Notes: generated from the sequence alone by a model not told the origin. A stretch of 64,000 bases of DNA from Candidatus Omnitrophota bacterium (GCA_023140385.1 JAGLLT010000018.1:6071-70070); one strand, 5' to 3'. Numbered from the stretch's first letter, positions 10,156 through 20,937 are shown. A program made the numbers and translations.

Positions 10156-10666
10156 TATTTGTCACAAAAGAGAGGCTACCATTCACGTTACAGAAATTAT
10201 AAATAACGAAGTGCAGGAAATTCACGTCTGTGAAGAATGTGCTGAGAAAAAGGGTATGGTGACTAAGCAAAATTTTGGCCTGGCAGGTTTTCTGGGGGGG
10301 CTGGCTGATTTTGGATTTACATCGGAAGAAGAGGCCGTTAATGAAGTTGAATTAAAATGCCCCGGATGCGGCCTGACCCTTACTGATTTTAAAAAGATAG
10401 GCCGTTTGGGCTGTGACCGTTGCTATGAAACCTTCCAAAAGGCTCTATTGCCGCTTTTAAGGAAAATTCACGGTACAGCTCAACACTCCGGCAAAATGCC
10501 GGCCGGTACCGGTAAAGAACTTGAGAATGAATCCGATTTGGGGCGGCTTGAGCGGGAGTTGAAAAGAGCCATAGAAGAGGAGGAGTTTGAAGAAGCAGCT
10601 AAGATAAGGGATAAAATCAGGGATTTGAAAGAAAAGAATAAGAGAGAAAAAAAAGATGAAGCTTGA
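10145..10666 (+). CDS. mcsA: McsA-like protein-arginine kinase activator (zinc-finger pairs plus UVR-like C-terminus)
   Basis: CDICHKREAT...CEECAEKKG and CPGCGLT...CDRCYETF Cys pairs. The C-terminal LERELKRAIEEEEFEEAAKIRDKI segment is a UvrB/C-like motif. It lies directly upstream of mcsB. Confidence 0.7.
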   Translation: MLCDICHKREATIHVTEIINNEVQEIHVCEECAEKKGMVTKQNFGLAGFLGGLADFGFTSEEEAVNEVELKCPGCGLTLTDFKKIGRLGCDRCYETFQKALLPLLRKIHGTAQHSGKMPAGTGKELENESDLGRLERELKRAIEEEEFEEAAKIRDKIRDLKEKNKREKKDEA

Positions 10667-11705
10667 TGACTTGCTTAAGCAGACGAATGAATGGCTTAAA
10701 GAGACAGGGCCTGAGTGTGAAATAGTTATGAGTTCACGCGTAAGATATGCCCGCAATTTAAAAGGTATCCCCTTTTCACATTGGGCCGGCACAAAGCAGA
10801 GAAAGAAGGTTTTGTCAATAATTGAGCCGGTTTTGTTAAGGAATAGCTGCTTAAAAAATTCATTGTTTTTAAAGATGGATGAAGTAAACGCGGTTGATAA
10901 GCAGTTTTTGGTTGAACGCCATTTAATCAGCCGTGAGCTGGCTTCGGGCAATAGCTCAAAGGCCGTTAATATCAGCGAAAAGGAGATCTTCTCGTTAATG
11001 ATTAACGAAGAAGATCATCTGAGGAGTCAGGTGATGCAGTCGGGTTTTAATCTTAACGAGGCCTTCAGGTTGATTGAAAAACTTGATTTAGAGCTGGAGA
11101 AGAGTTTTGACTTTGCTTATGACCGGCGGTGGGGATATTTGACCGCCTGTCCCACGAACGTAGGAACGGGTATGCGAGCTTCCGTTATGCTTCATCTGCC
11201 GGCGCTGGTGATGACAAAACGTGTCAGAAGAATCTTAGAGAGTATTACCAAGCTGAATCTGGCCGTCAGGGGTTTGTACGGCGAAGGAAGTGAAGCCGCC
11301 GGTAATTTCTTTCAGATTTCCAATCAGGTGACCCTGGGGCGTTCCGAGCGGGAACTGATAGACGGTATCACCAGGATTATTAAGCAGATTATAAATTATG
11401 AACAAAAGGCCAGGGACTTTTTGTTTGAGGACAGTAAAAAGCAGCTTGAGGATAAGATATTCAGGGCTTATGGTATTTTGACCAATGCCCGCATTATTTC
11501 AAGTAAAGAGACTATTGATTTATTATCTCTGGCGCGCCTGGGAATTAATCTTAATATTCTGCCGGGCATTAACATAAAGACTGTAAATGAACTCTTCATC
11601 CTTATTCAACCGGCTCATATACAGAAGATAGAGGGAAGAGTTTTGGATATTGAAGAGCGGGACTTTAAAAGGGCCCAGCTTGTAAGGAAGAAGCTGAAAG
11701 CATAG
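10656..11705 (+). CDS. mcsB: Protein-arginine kinase McsB (ATP:guanido phosphotransferase family)
   Basis: 349 aa. Phosphagen-kinase signature CPTNVGTGMRASV plus conserved EDHLR and other McsB motifs. Confidence 0.85.
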   Translation: MKLDDLLKQTNEWLKETGPECEIVMSSRVRYARNLKGIPFSHWAGTKQRKKVLSIIEPVLLRNSCLKNSLFLKMDEVNAVDKQFLVERHLISRELASGNSSKAVNISEKEIFSLMINEEDHLRSQVMQSGFNLNEAFRLIEKLDLELEKSFDFAYDRRWGYLTACPTNVGTGMRASVMLHLPALVMTKRVRRILESITKLNLAVRGLYGEGSEAAGNFFQISNQVTLGRSERELIDGITRIIKQIINYEQKARDFLFEDSKKQLEDKIFRAYGILTNARIISSKETIDLLSLARLGINLNILPGINIKTVNELFILIQPAHIQKIEGRVLDIEERDFKRAQLVRKKLKA

Positions 11706-11726
11706 AAAAACAAAGGGGTAGTAAGC

Positions 11727-14195
11727 ATGGCTATGTTTGAAAGATTTACTGAACGGGCACGGAGAGTTATTGTCCTGGCGAAAGAAGAGGCCAGGAGGTT
11801 TAATCACGATTACATCGGTACCGAGCACATACTTTTAGGATTAATTAAAGAAGGAAGGGGTGTGGCGGCCGCCGTTTTAAAAAATCTGGGCATGAGCCTG
11901 GATAAGATTAGATTTGAAGTTGAAAAGTTGGTTAAGGCCGGCCCCTCAACCAAAATAAACGGGGATATTCCTTTTACGGCCAGGGCAAAAAGGGTAATTG
12001 AGCTGGCAATGGATGAAGCCAGGTCTTTGGGCCATAATTACGTTGGCACCGAGCATCTCCTTCTGGGGCTTATCGCGGAAGGAGAGGGTATGGCCTCACA
12101 GGTTCTTATGAATCTTGGCCTGGACTTAAACAAGGTCAGGCAGGAGGTTATGAATCTTTTGGGCTCCGCCACCCCCGGTTTCACGGGATTTAACATTAAA
12201 AAATCAAAACCCGGCTATTCTCCCAGCCCGGCAGCCGCGAAGTCTAAAACGCCGGCCCTGGATACTTTTGGCAGAGACCTGACAAAACTGGCTATGGAAA
12301 ATAAACTGGATCCTGTTATCGGCCGTGAAAAGGAGATTAATAGAGTAATTCAAATATTAAGCAGAAGAACCAAAAATAACCCGGTTCTTTTAGGGGAGGC
12401 CGGAGTAGGCAAGACGGCTATAGTTGAAGGGCTGGCTCAAAATATAATCAAAGGGGATATGCCGGAAATACTGAAAGATAAGAGAGTAATTATTCTTGAC
12501 TTGGCCCTGATGGTAGCAGGTACTAAATACCGCGGCCAGTTTGAAGAAAGAATTAAAGCTGTTCTGGATGAAATAAAAAGAGCTGAGAATGTTATTATAT
12601 TTATTGATGAACTGCATACGCTTGTCGGAGCGGGCGGGGCGGAAGGGGCTATTGATGCCTCGAATATTTTAAAACCGGCGTTAGCCAGAGGTGAGATTCA
12701 GTGCATTGGCGCTACGACACTGGATGAGTACCGTAAGAACATTGAAAAAGACGCGGCCCTTGAGAGAAGATTTCAGACAATTATGGTTGAGCCGCCAACC
12801 GTAGAGGAGACTGTCAAAATTTTAAAGGGGCTGAGAGAGCGCTATGAAGCCCACCACAGAATTAAAATTACGGATGAGGCAGTTTCCGCGGCCGCCAAAC
12901 TATCAGACAGATACGTGAGCGCCAGGTTTTTGCCGGATAAGGCCATTGACGTGATTGACGAGGCAGGCTCCAAGGCCAGGCTGTCAGCGATGACCGCTCC
13001 TTCTGATTTAAAAGAGATGGAAAGACAAATAAAAGAACTTACCGAAGAAAAAGAGCAGTTGGTTAAAAAGCAGGACTTTGAAAGAGCGGCTAAGGTAAGA
13101 GATGAAGAGCGAAAGGCAAAGGATGAGTTAGAGAAGGCCAGAAGCCGGTGGCAGGAGAAAAACGCGGAGAGAGAGGTGGAAATCGGGGAGGAGGATGTGG
13201 CCCAGATTATTGCCGGCTGGACAGGTATACCTATATCAAGGCTGGAAGAAAAGGAGACTGAACGGCTGCTTCGGATGGAGGAGGAAATCCATAAAAGAGT
13301 TATAGGCCAGAACGAAGCGGTTTCGGCTATAGCCAACGCTGTCAGGCGTTCACGCGCCGGCTTAAAAAATCCCAAACGGCCTATAGGGTCGTTTGTATTT
13401 CTTGGCCCTACCGGTGTTGGCAAGAGCCTGCTGGCCAGAGCGCTGGCTGAATTTATGTTTGGCGACGAAGAGGCCTTGATTCAACTGGATATGTCCGAAT
13501 ATATGGAAAAGTTTAACGTCTCCAGATTAGTGGGCGCCCCTCCGGGATACGTCGGCTATGAGGAGGGTGGGCAGTTAACCGAAAAAGTGAGGCGTAAACC
13601 TTACTCAGTCGTTCTTTTGGATGAAATAGAGAAGGCGCACCCCGATATCTTTAATATGCTTTTGCAGGTTTTAGAAGAAGGGAGGCTTACTGACAGCTTT
13701 GGGCGGCAGGTTGACTTCAAAAATACAATACTGCTTATGACGTCAAATCTCGGTGCCGACTTAATTAAAAAAAGCGGCTCTCTGGGTTTTAAGATTGAGA
13801 AGGAAGAGTTGGCCTATGAGGATATGAAGGACCGTTTGAATGAGGAGGTTAAGAAAACCTTTAAGCCGGAGTTTCTGAATCGCATTGATGATGTTATCGT
13901 TTTCCATCCCTTGAGCCGCCAAGACCTGAATAAGATTGTTGACATCGAATTAAACGAGGTCAAGGAGCGCCTGAAAGAGCAGGAGATAGTTATTGAAATT
14001 ACGAAGGGGGCCAAGGAGTTTCTTATAGAAAAAGGTTTTGATCCGCTATTTGGAGCCAGGCCGCTCAAAAGGACGATAGCGCGTTATTTAGAGGACCCCT
14101 TAGCTCAGGTTCTTCTAAAAGGTGAAATAGAAAAAGGACAGATAACGGCCGTAGAAGAAAAAGATGGACGTCTTATCTTTAAAAATACAACATAA
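11727..14195 (+). CDS. clpC: ATP-dependent Clp protease ATP-binding subunit ClpC
   Basis: 822 aa. Two Clp_N repeats, AAA-1 (GEAGVGKTA), a UVR-like linker, AAA-2 (GPTGVGKS), and the IGF-like LFGARPLKR ClpP-docking region. Confidence 0.9.
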   Translation: MAMFERFTERARRVIVLAKEEARRFNHDYIGTEHILLGLIKEGRGVAAAVLKNLGMSLDKIRFEVEKLVKAGPSTKINGDIPFTARAKRVIELAMDEARSLGHNYVGTEHLLLGLIAEGEGMASQVLMNLGLDLNKVRQEVMNLLGSATPGFTGFNIKKSKPGYSPSPAAAKSKTPALDTFGRDLTKLAMENKLDPVIGREKEINRVIQILSRRTKNNPVLLGEAGVGKTAIVEGLAQNIIKGDMPEILKDKRVIILDLALMVAGTKYRGQFEERIKAVLDEIKRAENVIIFIDELHTLVGAGGAEGAIDASNILKPALARGEIQCIGATTLDEYRKNIEKDAALERRFQTIMVEPPTVEETVKILKGLRERYEAHHRIKITDEAVSAAAKLSDRYVSARFLPDKAIDVIDEAGSKARLSAMTAPSDLKEMERQIKELTEEKEQLVKKQDFERAAKVRDEERKAKDELEKARSRWQEKNAEREVEIGEEDVAQIIAGWTGIPISRLEEKETERLLRMEEEIHKRVIGQNEAVSAIANAVRRSRAGLKNPKRPIGSFVFLGPTGVGKSLLARALAEFMFGDEEALIQLDMSEYMEKFNVSRLVGAPPGYVGYEEGGQLTEKVRRKPYSVVLLDEIEKAHPDIFNMLLQVLEEGRLTDSFGRQVDFKNTILLMTSNLGADLIKKSGSLGFKIEKEELAYEDMKDRLNEEVKKTFKPEFLNRIDDVIVFHPLSRQDLNKIVDIELNEVKERLKEQEIVIEITKGAKEFLIEKGFDPLFGARPLKRTIARYLEDPLAQVLLKGEIEKGQITAVEEKDGRLIFKNTT

Positions 14196-14208
14196 GTAGA
14201 AATTTTTA

Positions 14209-15885
14209 ATGAAACTACTGTTCAGGGATAGGATTTTAATAAAGTTTATTTTACTTTCTCTCTTTACTCTAACTATAATTCTTTATCTGGCTTCAAAGGA
14301 GAAGGAACTACTTGATGACTTTAAGTCTTATCTCGAAATAGAGATGAGGCAGGCCTTACTGCGTGAAGTAAAGATTAGCGGCATCAGCGGCGGGATATTT
14401 ACCCCCGTTGCTTTACAAGAAGTTAAAATTACTAATAGCTTGAATAACCCGGATACCTTTTTATTTATAAAACGGGTTGAGGTTAATAAGAGGATTTGGG
14501 ATCTGTTCTTTCTTAAAAAAGGCTTGCGGGGCACCTTGGTATTAAAGGTTGAAGATGCTTCCCTGTTTATCTTTGGCGGTATGGGCCCGAGGATAAAAAA
14601 TCAGAGCGGAGTAATAACTTTAGATAAAGATAAAGAGCTTCTTAGTATTAACCTGGCCAATGAGTTTTACAGTTTTACAGGCAAGGCGGCCAATATTTAC
14701 GGCACTCCTTTTCTTGATATGAAGTTACAGATTAACTCAAACTTTGTGAAGGGGGAGATTGGCATTGAGGGCAATCCAAACCTTCCCAGCATAACGGCTG
14801 ACCTGAATTTATTTGGACTGGTCTCCGCCACTTTTAATAATCTTGTTAGAATTGATGAGGAAAAAGTTTTCTTTGATAATCTGATACTCCAGGGGCAATA
14901 TTTTACCTCCGGAGAGATTGATTTAGAAAGGGGTGAAGTTGAGTTTAGCGTAACCCTGGACAATAATGAAAAAATAAACATTAGCTTTAAATCAATAGAC
15001 AACCTTAGTTACGCGGGGCTAATTGAAGTTAGCCATCTTAAGATTAAAGACACTGATGTAGACGTTAACTGTGAAATAAAAGTGGATGTAAGCAAAGGCG
15101 CGGACGGCGCGGTAGATAAAATCAAGGGAGAACTTAACACCAGTACCTTTATCGTCAACTATGAGCCCTTTGATGATATAAGCGCCGCTTTTACCCACAC
15201 TGAAGACAGTTTCGCGATAGACTATCTGAAGATAGGGGATAGTTTTGGCCTCCGGGGGCTTGTTTCATTTGATGAGCCGGAGACTGTCGATATGTTTTTT
15301 GAGCTTAAAGATTTCACGGTGGAAAATCTTTCGAGGTTTTCTTTTGTGCCGGACAACTTTAACTTTAAATCTACGATAAATGTTGAAGCGAACGTTAAAG
15401 GTGAGCCCGCGAAGCCCCATGTTAAAATTCACCTTACGTCTACCAAGGGCAATATGAATGATATTTTGTTTGACTCTATTATGATTACCCTAGAGGGGAA
15501 TTACCCTATTTTAAAGTATAGAGATTCGCGTATAAATAGAGGTGAGGGGTATTTACCTATGGCTGGCAAGGTGGATTTCAGGAAGATAAAGGCCGGCGGC
15601 CTTTTTGAGGATACGATTATAACATCCGATGAAGAAACGATTATTTGGGAGGGGTGGGATATTACCAAAAAGCAGTATGAGAAAGAGGTGAGCCTGCGTA
15701 AGTCGGTCAAGGAGGGGATAAGCGTTTTGTATAGAGGTTATCTGAATGATGAAACGCAGGCCGCGGATGATGACCACGAGGATACGATTGAGCTGGAATA
15801 CGGGATTTTGGAAAATCAGAGTTTAAAGATGAAATTAAAAAAAGATGAGGAGTTCTTCGGGCTTGAAAATAAGATCAGGTTTTAG
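14209..15885 (+). CDS. Membrane-anchored beta-rich protein, possibly AsmA/TamB-like
   Basis: 558 aa. One N-terminal TM helix, then a long hydrophilic region with low-complexity beta-strand-like repeats. It sits immediately upstream of mlaE. The family call is an inference. Confidence 0.35.
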   Translation: MKLLFRDRILIKFILLSLFTLTIILYLASKEKELLDDFKSYLEIEMRQALLREVKISGISGGIFTPVALQEVKITNSLNNPDTFLFIKRVEVNKRIWDLFFLKKGLRGTLVLKVEDASLFIFGGMGPRIKNQSGVITLDKDKELLSINLANEFYSFTGKAANIYGTPFLDMKLQINSNFVKGEIGIEGNPNLPSITADLNLFGLVSATFNNLVRIDEEKVFFDNLILQGQYFTSGEIDLERGEVEFSVTLDNNEKINISFKSIDNLSYAGLIEVSHLKIKDTDVDVNCEIKVDVSKGADGAVDKIKGELNTSTFIVNYEPFDDISAAFTHTEDSFAIDYLKIGDSFGLRGLVSFDEPETVDMFFELKDFTVENLSRFSFVPDNFNFKSTINVEANVKGEPAKPHVKIHLTSTKGNMNDILFDSIMITLEGNYPILKYRDSRINRGEGYLPMAGKVDFRKIKAGGLFEDTIITSDEETIIWEGWDITKKQYEKEVSLRKSVKEGISVLYRGYLNDETQAADDDHEDTIELEYGILENQSLKMKLKKDEEFFGLENKIRF

Positions 15886-16678
15886 AAGAAAAAATTTAGA
15901 GATTACCTTCATTCTTTTAGGCCAGAGATTTATCTCAGCCTTGTTTTATCTGGGTGGAATTTCTCTGCTCTTTTTAAGAACTCTGGCAAGCATCTTTAGG
16001 AGGTTTGTCAGGAAAAGGCAGCTGCTTGACCAGTTAAATAAGGTTGGAGTAGACAGCATACTGATTGTTTTTTTGGTAACTATATTTACGGGCATTGTTC
16101 TGGCTTTACAGAGCGCCTATGCCTTCAAGAAGTTTGATGCCGCCATTTTTATACCGGGCATGGTGGCTCTGTCAATGACCAGAGAACTGGGGCCTGTTTT
16201 GACAGCTTTGATAATCGCCGGCCGCGTGGGGGCCTCAATGACGGCTGAGATAGGTACGATGAAAGTTACCGAGCAAATTGACGCCTTAGAAAGCCTGGCA
16301 TCAGATCCCGTGAGCTTTTTGGTGGTGCCCAGATTTCTCGCTTTATTAATTGCTATGCCGCTTTTGACCATTTGCGGTGATTTTATAGGTATGCTGGGCG
16401 GTTATATGGTGGGCGTCTGGAAGCTGACCATCGGTTCGACTATGTATATAAACAAGACCTTTGAGGCGCTGGTTTACAAAGATGTATTTACGGGTTTAAT
16501 AAAGTCCGTATTTTTCGCGATGATAATTGCTATAGTTTCCTGTTATGAAGGCATGCGTACCTCGGGAGGAGCTGAGGGAGTAGGTAAGTCGACGACCGCG
16601 TCCGTCGTCGTATCTTTTGTACTAATTTTAACCTTCGACTGTTTCTTTACCGTGTTATTTTATTTTATTTTCGATTAA
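15845..16678 (+). CDS. mlaE: Phospholipid ABC transporter permease MlaE
   Basis: Multi-TM protein with conserved MlaE/TTG2B motifs (ELGPVLTALIIAGRVGASMTAEIGTMKVTEQIDAL). The true start may lie downstream of 15845. Confidence 0.8.
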   Translation: MRSSSGLKIRSGFRRKNLEITFILLGQRFISALFYLGGISLLFLRTLASIFRRFVRKRQLLDQLNKVGVDSILIVFLVTIFTGIVLALQSAYAFKKFDAAIFIPGMVALSMTRELGPVLTALIIAGRVGASMTAEIGTMKVTEQIDALESLASDPVSFLVVPRFLALLIAMPLLTICGDFIGMLGGYMVGVWKLTIGSTMYINKTFEALVYKDVFTGLIKSVFFAMIIAIVSCYEGMRTSGGAEGVGKSTTASVVVSFVLILTFDCFFTVLFYFIFD

Positions 16679-16690
16679 GGAATAATTGCC

Positions 16691-17473
16691 GTGATAGAAA
16701 TAAGAAAACTGTGTAAATCATTTGAGAACGTGAAGGTGTTAGATAATATTTCTCTTAACATAAAAACCGGGGAGACAATGGTTATAATTGGGCGTTCAGG
16801 AGTAGGCAAGAGTGTTTTACTCAAGCATATTATAGGGATATTGGCGCCTGACTCGGGCGAGGTTATTGTTGATGGTAAAAATATCAGCCGGCTGAAGCGG
16901 GACGAGCTTAATGAAGTCAGGCTGGAAATGGGAATGCTTTTTCAGGGAGCGGCTCTTTTTGATTCAATGACGGTCGGAGAAAATGTGGGTTTTTTATTAA
17001 GAGAACATACGGATTTAGATGAAGAGGAGATAGAGAAAAGGATAAAAGAGTCTCTGGCTATTATCGGATTAAGGGGCATAGAAAGCCTTATGCCGGTTTC
17101 ATTGAGCGGCGGAATGAAAAAAAGGGTAGGCCTGGCCCGGGCTATTTGTTCAAAGAGTGTAAAGATTGTACTTTATGATGAGCCGACAACCGGCATAGAT
17201 CCCATTATGGGGGACACTATAAATAATCTCATTATTTCTTTACATGATAAATTAAAGATTACTTCTGTGGCCGTTACCCACGACATGAACAGCGCTTACA
17301 AGATTGCCGACAGGATTGCTATGCTGTATAAAGGTAAGATTATTGCCGCCGGTACTCCGGATGAAATAAGAAACATGGCAGACCCATTTGTCCGCCAGTT
17401 TATTACCGGTGCCGCGCACGGGCCGATCACCGAAGGGAAGGCTTCAAAAGAATTTATAATGAAAGAAGGTTAA
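16691..17473 (+). CDS. mlaF: Phospholipid ABC transporter ATP-binding protein MlaF
   Basis: Walker A GRSGVGKS, signature LSGGMKKRVGLARA, Walker B VLYDEPTTGIDP. Confidence 0.85.
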   Translation: MIEIRKLCKSFENVKVLDNISLNIKTGETMVIIGRSGVGKSVLLKHIIGILAPDSGEVIVDGKNISRLKRDELNEVRLEMGMLFQGAALFDSMTVGENVGFLLREHTDLDEEEIEKRIKESLAIIGLRGIESLMPVSLSGGMKKRVGLARAICSKSVKIVLYDEPTTGIDPIMGDTINNLIISLHDKLKITSVAVTHDMNSAYKIADRIAMLYKGKIIAAGTPDEIRNMADPFVRQFITGAAHGPITEGKASKEFIMKEG

Positions 17474-17826
17474 TTGAGGTAATGTCAAAAGTTGTATGAA
17501 GAAATGAAGAAGAAGGGGAATAAAATAATCAAGATACGAAAAACAGGATTAAGGATTAAGACGCTCATTTCATTCGCTCTAAGGATTAAGTTAGAAGCAA
17601 GAGATAAGATACAAGAAACAAGATATGCCCTAACGGGCACAAGCAAGATACAATGACCAAATTCAAATGACCAAACTAATACAAGAGCAACTGTTTGATT
17701 ATTGGATATTGAAATTTGAATATTGTTTGCCTGTGCCCCGTAGGGGTATATCTTGTAACTTGGTTATTGGTTATTTAAAGTTAGATATTTTTGACAATAC
17801 GTAATTTTATTAAAGGGGAGAACGTG
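17474..17826 (+). other. About 350-bp A/G-rich, repeat-laden spacer inside the mla gene block
   Basis: Direct repeats TAAGGATTAAG (x2), CAAGATAC(A/G) (x4) and GACCAAA(T/C) (x2). No ORF and no promoter consensus recognised. Confidence 0.5.
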
Positions 17827-18498
17827 ATGCCTAAAACAAATTTAGAGCTGAAGGTGGGGATATTTGTTTTGGCCGGGATGGTTATTTTTATCTGGATAGT
17901 TTTTTCAATCGGGAATTTTGATCTGGTAAATAAAGGTTATCACGTCAGAGTAAGGTTTAATGATGTGGCCGGCCTGGAAGCCGGGGCGCCGGTTGAACTG
18001 GCAGGTGTTGAAGCAGGCAGGATACGGTCTTTAAATATTGTTTATGATAAGAGGCTAAATAAGAAAATGGTAGAGCTGGGACTGTGGATTAAAGAAGGGA
18101 CGGAAATACGGAAAAATACCGCGGTCAAACTTAAGCGGCTCGGCCTGATGGGTGAGCAGTATGTTCATCTGTCGCTGGGAACCAAAGATGCCGGATTTGT
18201 TAAAGATAACGGGCTTTTATACGGGGATGACACGATTAGCATAGAGGATGTGACGGAAGAAGTATATTCCGCGACCAAAGAATTAAAAAAGGTGATGCAC
18301 TCTGTAAACGATCTGGTAGGAGATGAAGAATTTCGCCGCGACATAAAGGAAACGGCTTCCAATACGAGAAAGGCAAGCGCCAATCTGGAGGAGATGACTT
18401 CTGATATTAAAGAGCACCCGTGGAAACTTCTTGTCGCGCCCAAAGAAAACAAAGGGGATAGAAAAAAACAAGGTTATATCCTGGATGAGCGTTACTAA
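17827..18498 (+). CDS. mlaD: MCE-domain phospholipid-binding protein MlaD
   Basis: N-terminal TM (VGIFVLAGMVIFIWIVFSI) followed by an MCE domain. ATG at 17827 with RBS AAAGGGGAG. The listed ORF begins at an upstream TTG. Confidence 0.75.
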   Translation: MPKTNLELKVGIFVLAGMVIFIWIVFSIGNFDLVNKGYHVRVRFNDVAGLEAGAPVELAGVEAGRIRSLNIVYDKRLNKKMVELGLWIKEGTEIRKNTAVKLKRLGLMGEQYVHLSLGTKDAGFVKDNGLLYGDDTISIEDVTEEVYSATKELKKVMHSVNDLVGDEEFRRDIKETASNTRKASANLEEMTSDIKEHPWKLLVAPKENKGDRKKQGYILDERY

Positions 18499-19871
18499 TG
18501 ATTAAGATTAAAAGTGTTTATACCTGCCAGAAGTGCGGTTATCAGTCAGCTAAATGGCTGGGGAGATGTCCTGACTGCGCCCAGTGGAACAGCCTGATTG
18601 AAGAGATGCCTTTGAGCGCGGCCGTAGAGCGCGGCGGCAGGGGGGGTTCCGGGGTTTTACCGGCGCCGCTAGCGGAAATTGATGTCAGTGAGGAAAAAAG
18701 GATAAGTTCTAAGATAGCGGAGTTTGACTGTATTTTAGGAGGGGGCCTGGTCAGGGGATCAGTTGTTCTAATCGGCGGTTCTCCCGGAATAGGAAAATCT
18801 ACCTTGTTGCTGCAAATTGCTGATGAATACAGCAAGAACGGTTTAAAGGTTCTCTATGTCAGCGCCGAGGAGTCTATTAAGCAGGTAAAACTAAGGGCTG
18901 ACAGAATTGACTCTCACGGCAAAGACCTGTTTATTGTCAATCAGACCAATCTAAATACCATTACAAACTACATCAAGAAAGGGCCGGTGGATGTAGTGAT
19001 TATTGATTCGGTGCAGTCTCTTTACCGGCCGGAGTTGAGCTCTATTCCGGGCAGTGTCAGCCAGGTAAAGGAGTGCGCGGGAGAGCTTACCTGCCTGGCC
19101 AAGTCAAAAAATTTTTCTTTGTTTCTTGTAGGGCACATTACAAAAGAAGGCGCTCTCGCCGGGCCTAAGATATTAGAGCACATGGTTGATACGGTGCTTT
19201 ACTTTGAAGGGGGTGAGCACCATAATTACAGGATACTGCGCGCGGTTAAAAACAGGTTTGGCTCTACAAATGAAGTGGGTATCTTTGAGATGACGGGAGG
19301 GGGGCTGAAGGAGGTTAAGAATCCCTCGGATATCTTTGTTTCTGAGCGGCCGGATGATATTTCAGGTTCAATTATTGTGCCGGTAATGGAAGGTTCGAGG
19401 CCGATCTTAGTAGAGATACAAGCCCTGGTTTCTTATTCCGGTTATAGCCAGGCCACCAGACGGGTGACAGGCCTTGATTACAATAAGGTCAATCTTTTAA
19501 TAGCCGTCCTGGAAAAAAGAGCCAGGTTGAAACTGGCCAACAAGGATATTTTTGTTAATGTGGCCGGTGGAGTTAAAGTTGCCGAGCCCGCCTCTGATCT
19601 GGCGGTTATAATTTCTGTCGCCTCCAGCTTAAAAGACATCAAGATAAAAAGTGACACGGTTGTCTTTGGGGAGGTTGGCCTGGGCGGTGAGGTTAGGGCC
19701 GTAACCTCACCAAAAAAGAGGATAAATGAAGCAAGGAAATTAGGCTTTAAAAGGTGCATTATTCCCAGAGGTAACCTGAAAGGAATACCGCCGGAAAAGC
19801 GTTCCATAGAAGTTAAAGCGGTAAGCACCGTTTCTGAGGCGCTTAAAGAAGCCTTGAGCCTAAAAGGTTAA
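18498..19871 (+). CDS. radA: DNA repair protein RadA/Sms
   Basis: C4 zinc finger CQKCGY...CPDC, RecA-like ATPase with Walker A GGSPGIGKST, KNRFG motif, C-terminal Lon-protease-like domain. Confidence 0.9.
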   Translation: MIKIKSVYTCQKCGYQSAKWLGRCPDCAQWNSLIEEMPLSAAVERGGRGGSGVLPAPLAEIDVSEEKRISSKIAEFDCILGGGLVRGSVVLIGGSPGIGKSTLLLQIADEYSKNGLKVLYVSAEESIKQVKLRADRIDSHGKDLFIVNQTNLNTITNYIKKGPVDVVIIDSVQSLYRPELSSIPGSVSQVKECAGELTCLAKSKNFSLFLVGHITKEGALAGPKILEHMVDTVLYFEGGEHHNYRILRAVKNRFGSTNEVGIFEMTGGGLKEVKNPSDIFVSERPDDISGSIIVPVMEGSRPILVEIQALVSYSGYSQATRRVTGLDYNKVNLLIAVLEKRARLKLANKDIFVNVAGGVKVAEPASDLAVIISVASSLKDIKIKSDTVVFGEVGLGGEVRAVTSPKKRINEARKLGFKRCIIPRGNLKGIPPEKRSIEVKAVSTVSEALKEALSLKG

Positions 19872-19917
19872 AACAACCATATTTTTCATACGTAAGAAGG
19901 GAGGCTAAGATTTTATA

Positions 19918-20931
19918 ATGACGTTATTTTTTTTAAGATTATTTTTTGTAATAGTGGGAGGGGTGGTGGGTTATCACACAACCTTTATTTTATTTTCCAC
20001 TGACAAGGGTATGATGGGCCTTGGTGTGGGGGTAGTAGCGGCGGCATTGATTATTGTTATCGAAAAGGTAACTAAAAACATTTCGCTTCGGGGGCTTTCT
20101 TCCGCGGTCTTCGGCCTGTTCTTAGGTTTGATCATTGCATGGTTAATTAGAAATCTTCTTGATCTTATTCCCACCCTGGATACGAACGTAAAGTACATTT
20201 CAGGTTTGATTGTAACGGTAATTCTTTGTTATTTAGGCATTGTGCTTTCAATGAGAGGGCGGGATGAATTCAACATCGTTATTCCTTATGTGCGGTTCAG
20301 CCGTCAGGATCAGGAGGAGGAATTGCTGATTTTAGACACTTCTGTTATTATTGACGGACGGATTGCCGATATAGCCCTGACAAAATTTATAGGCGGTAAT
20401 TTTATTATTCCACATTTTGTCTTAAGAGAACTGCAGCATATTGCCGATTCCCGCGACTCTTTAAAGCGGGCCCGCGGCCGGCGCGGATTAGACATTTTAA
20501 ATAAACTGAAAAAGATACCTAACGTGCAGATAAAGATACATCAACAGGATTTTCCGGAAATCAGCGAGGTCGATCACAAACTTGTTAAACTGGCCAAAGT
20601 TTTAGAAGCTAAGCTTGTGACCAATGATTACAACTTGAATAAGGTGGCGGCAATTCAAAATATCTCGGTTTTAAACATTAATGAACTTGCTAATTCCTTA
20701 AAGCCCGTGGTCTTGCCGGGTGAGCAAATGGAAGTAAAGATTGTGAGGGAAGGGACGGAGTATAATCAGGGAGTCGGCTATCTTGATGACGGGACGATGA
20801 TTGTGGTGGATAATTCCAAGCATCTTATCGGCCGTGTCATAAAGGTTGAGATTTCAAGTGTACTGCAGACAACAGCCGGAAAGATGATTTTTGCCAGAAT
20901 GGGTAACGGGGTGAAAAAAAACAGAAGGTAA
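19918..20931 (+). CDS. PIN/TRAM-domain protein, YacL-like
   Basis: 337 aa. N-terminal TM helices, a PIN domain (LDTSVIIDGRI...) and a C-terminal TRAM domain. Its position between radA and ispD matches B. subtilis yacL. Confidence 0.7.
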   Translation: MTLFFLRLFFVIVGGVVGYHTTFILFSTDKGMMGLGVGVVAAALIIVIEKVTKNISLRGLSSAVFGLFLGLIIAWLIRNLLDLIPTLDTNVKYISGLIVTVILCYLGIVLSMRGRDEFNIVIPYVRFSRQDQEEELLILDTSVIIDGRIADIALTKFIGGNFIIPHFVLRELQHIADSRDSLKRARGRRGLDILNKLKKIPNVQIKIHQQDFPEISEVDHKLVKLAKVLEAKLVTNDYNLNKVAAIQNISVLNINELANSLKPVVLPGEQMEVKIVREGTEYNQGVGYLDDGTMIVVDNSKHLIGRVIKVEISSVLQTTAGKMIFARMGNGVKKNRR

Positions 20932-20937
20932 GAGTCA

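Noticed and set aside
10100-11730. CtsR operator (tandem GGTCAAA heptads) expected upstream of mcsA/clpC
   Set aside because: No tandem heptad was found anywhere in the window. The only GGTCAA occurrences are single copies inside the YwbE-like gene and its duplicate.
12842-13423. 193-aa minus-strand ORF (Ser/Leu/Ala-rich) inside clpC
   Set aside because: It is entirely antisense to a strongly supported ClpC coding region and has low-complexity composition typical of shadow ORFs. The same reasoning applies to the minus-strand ORFs at 635-1145, 23076-23726, 27882-28313, 35967-36344 and 51694-52245.
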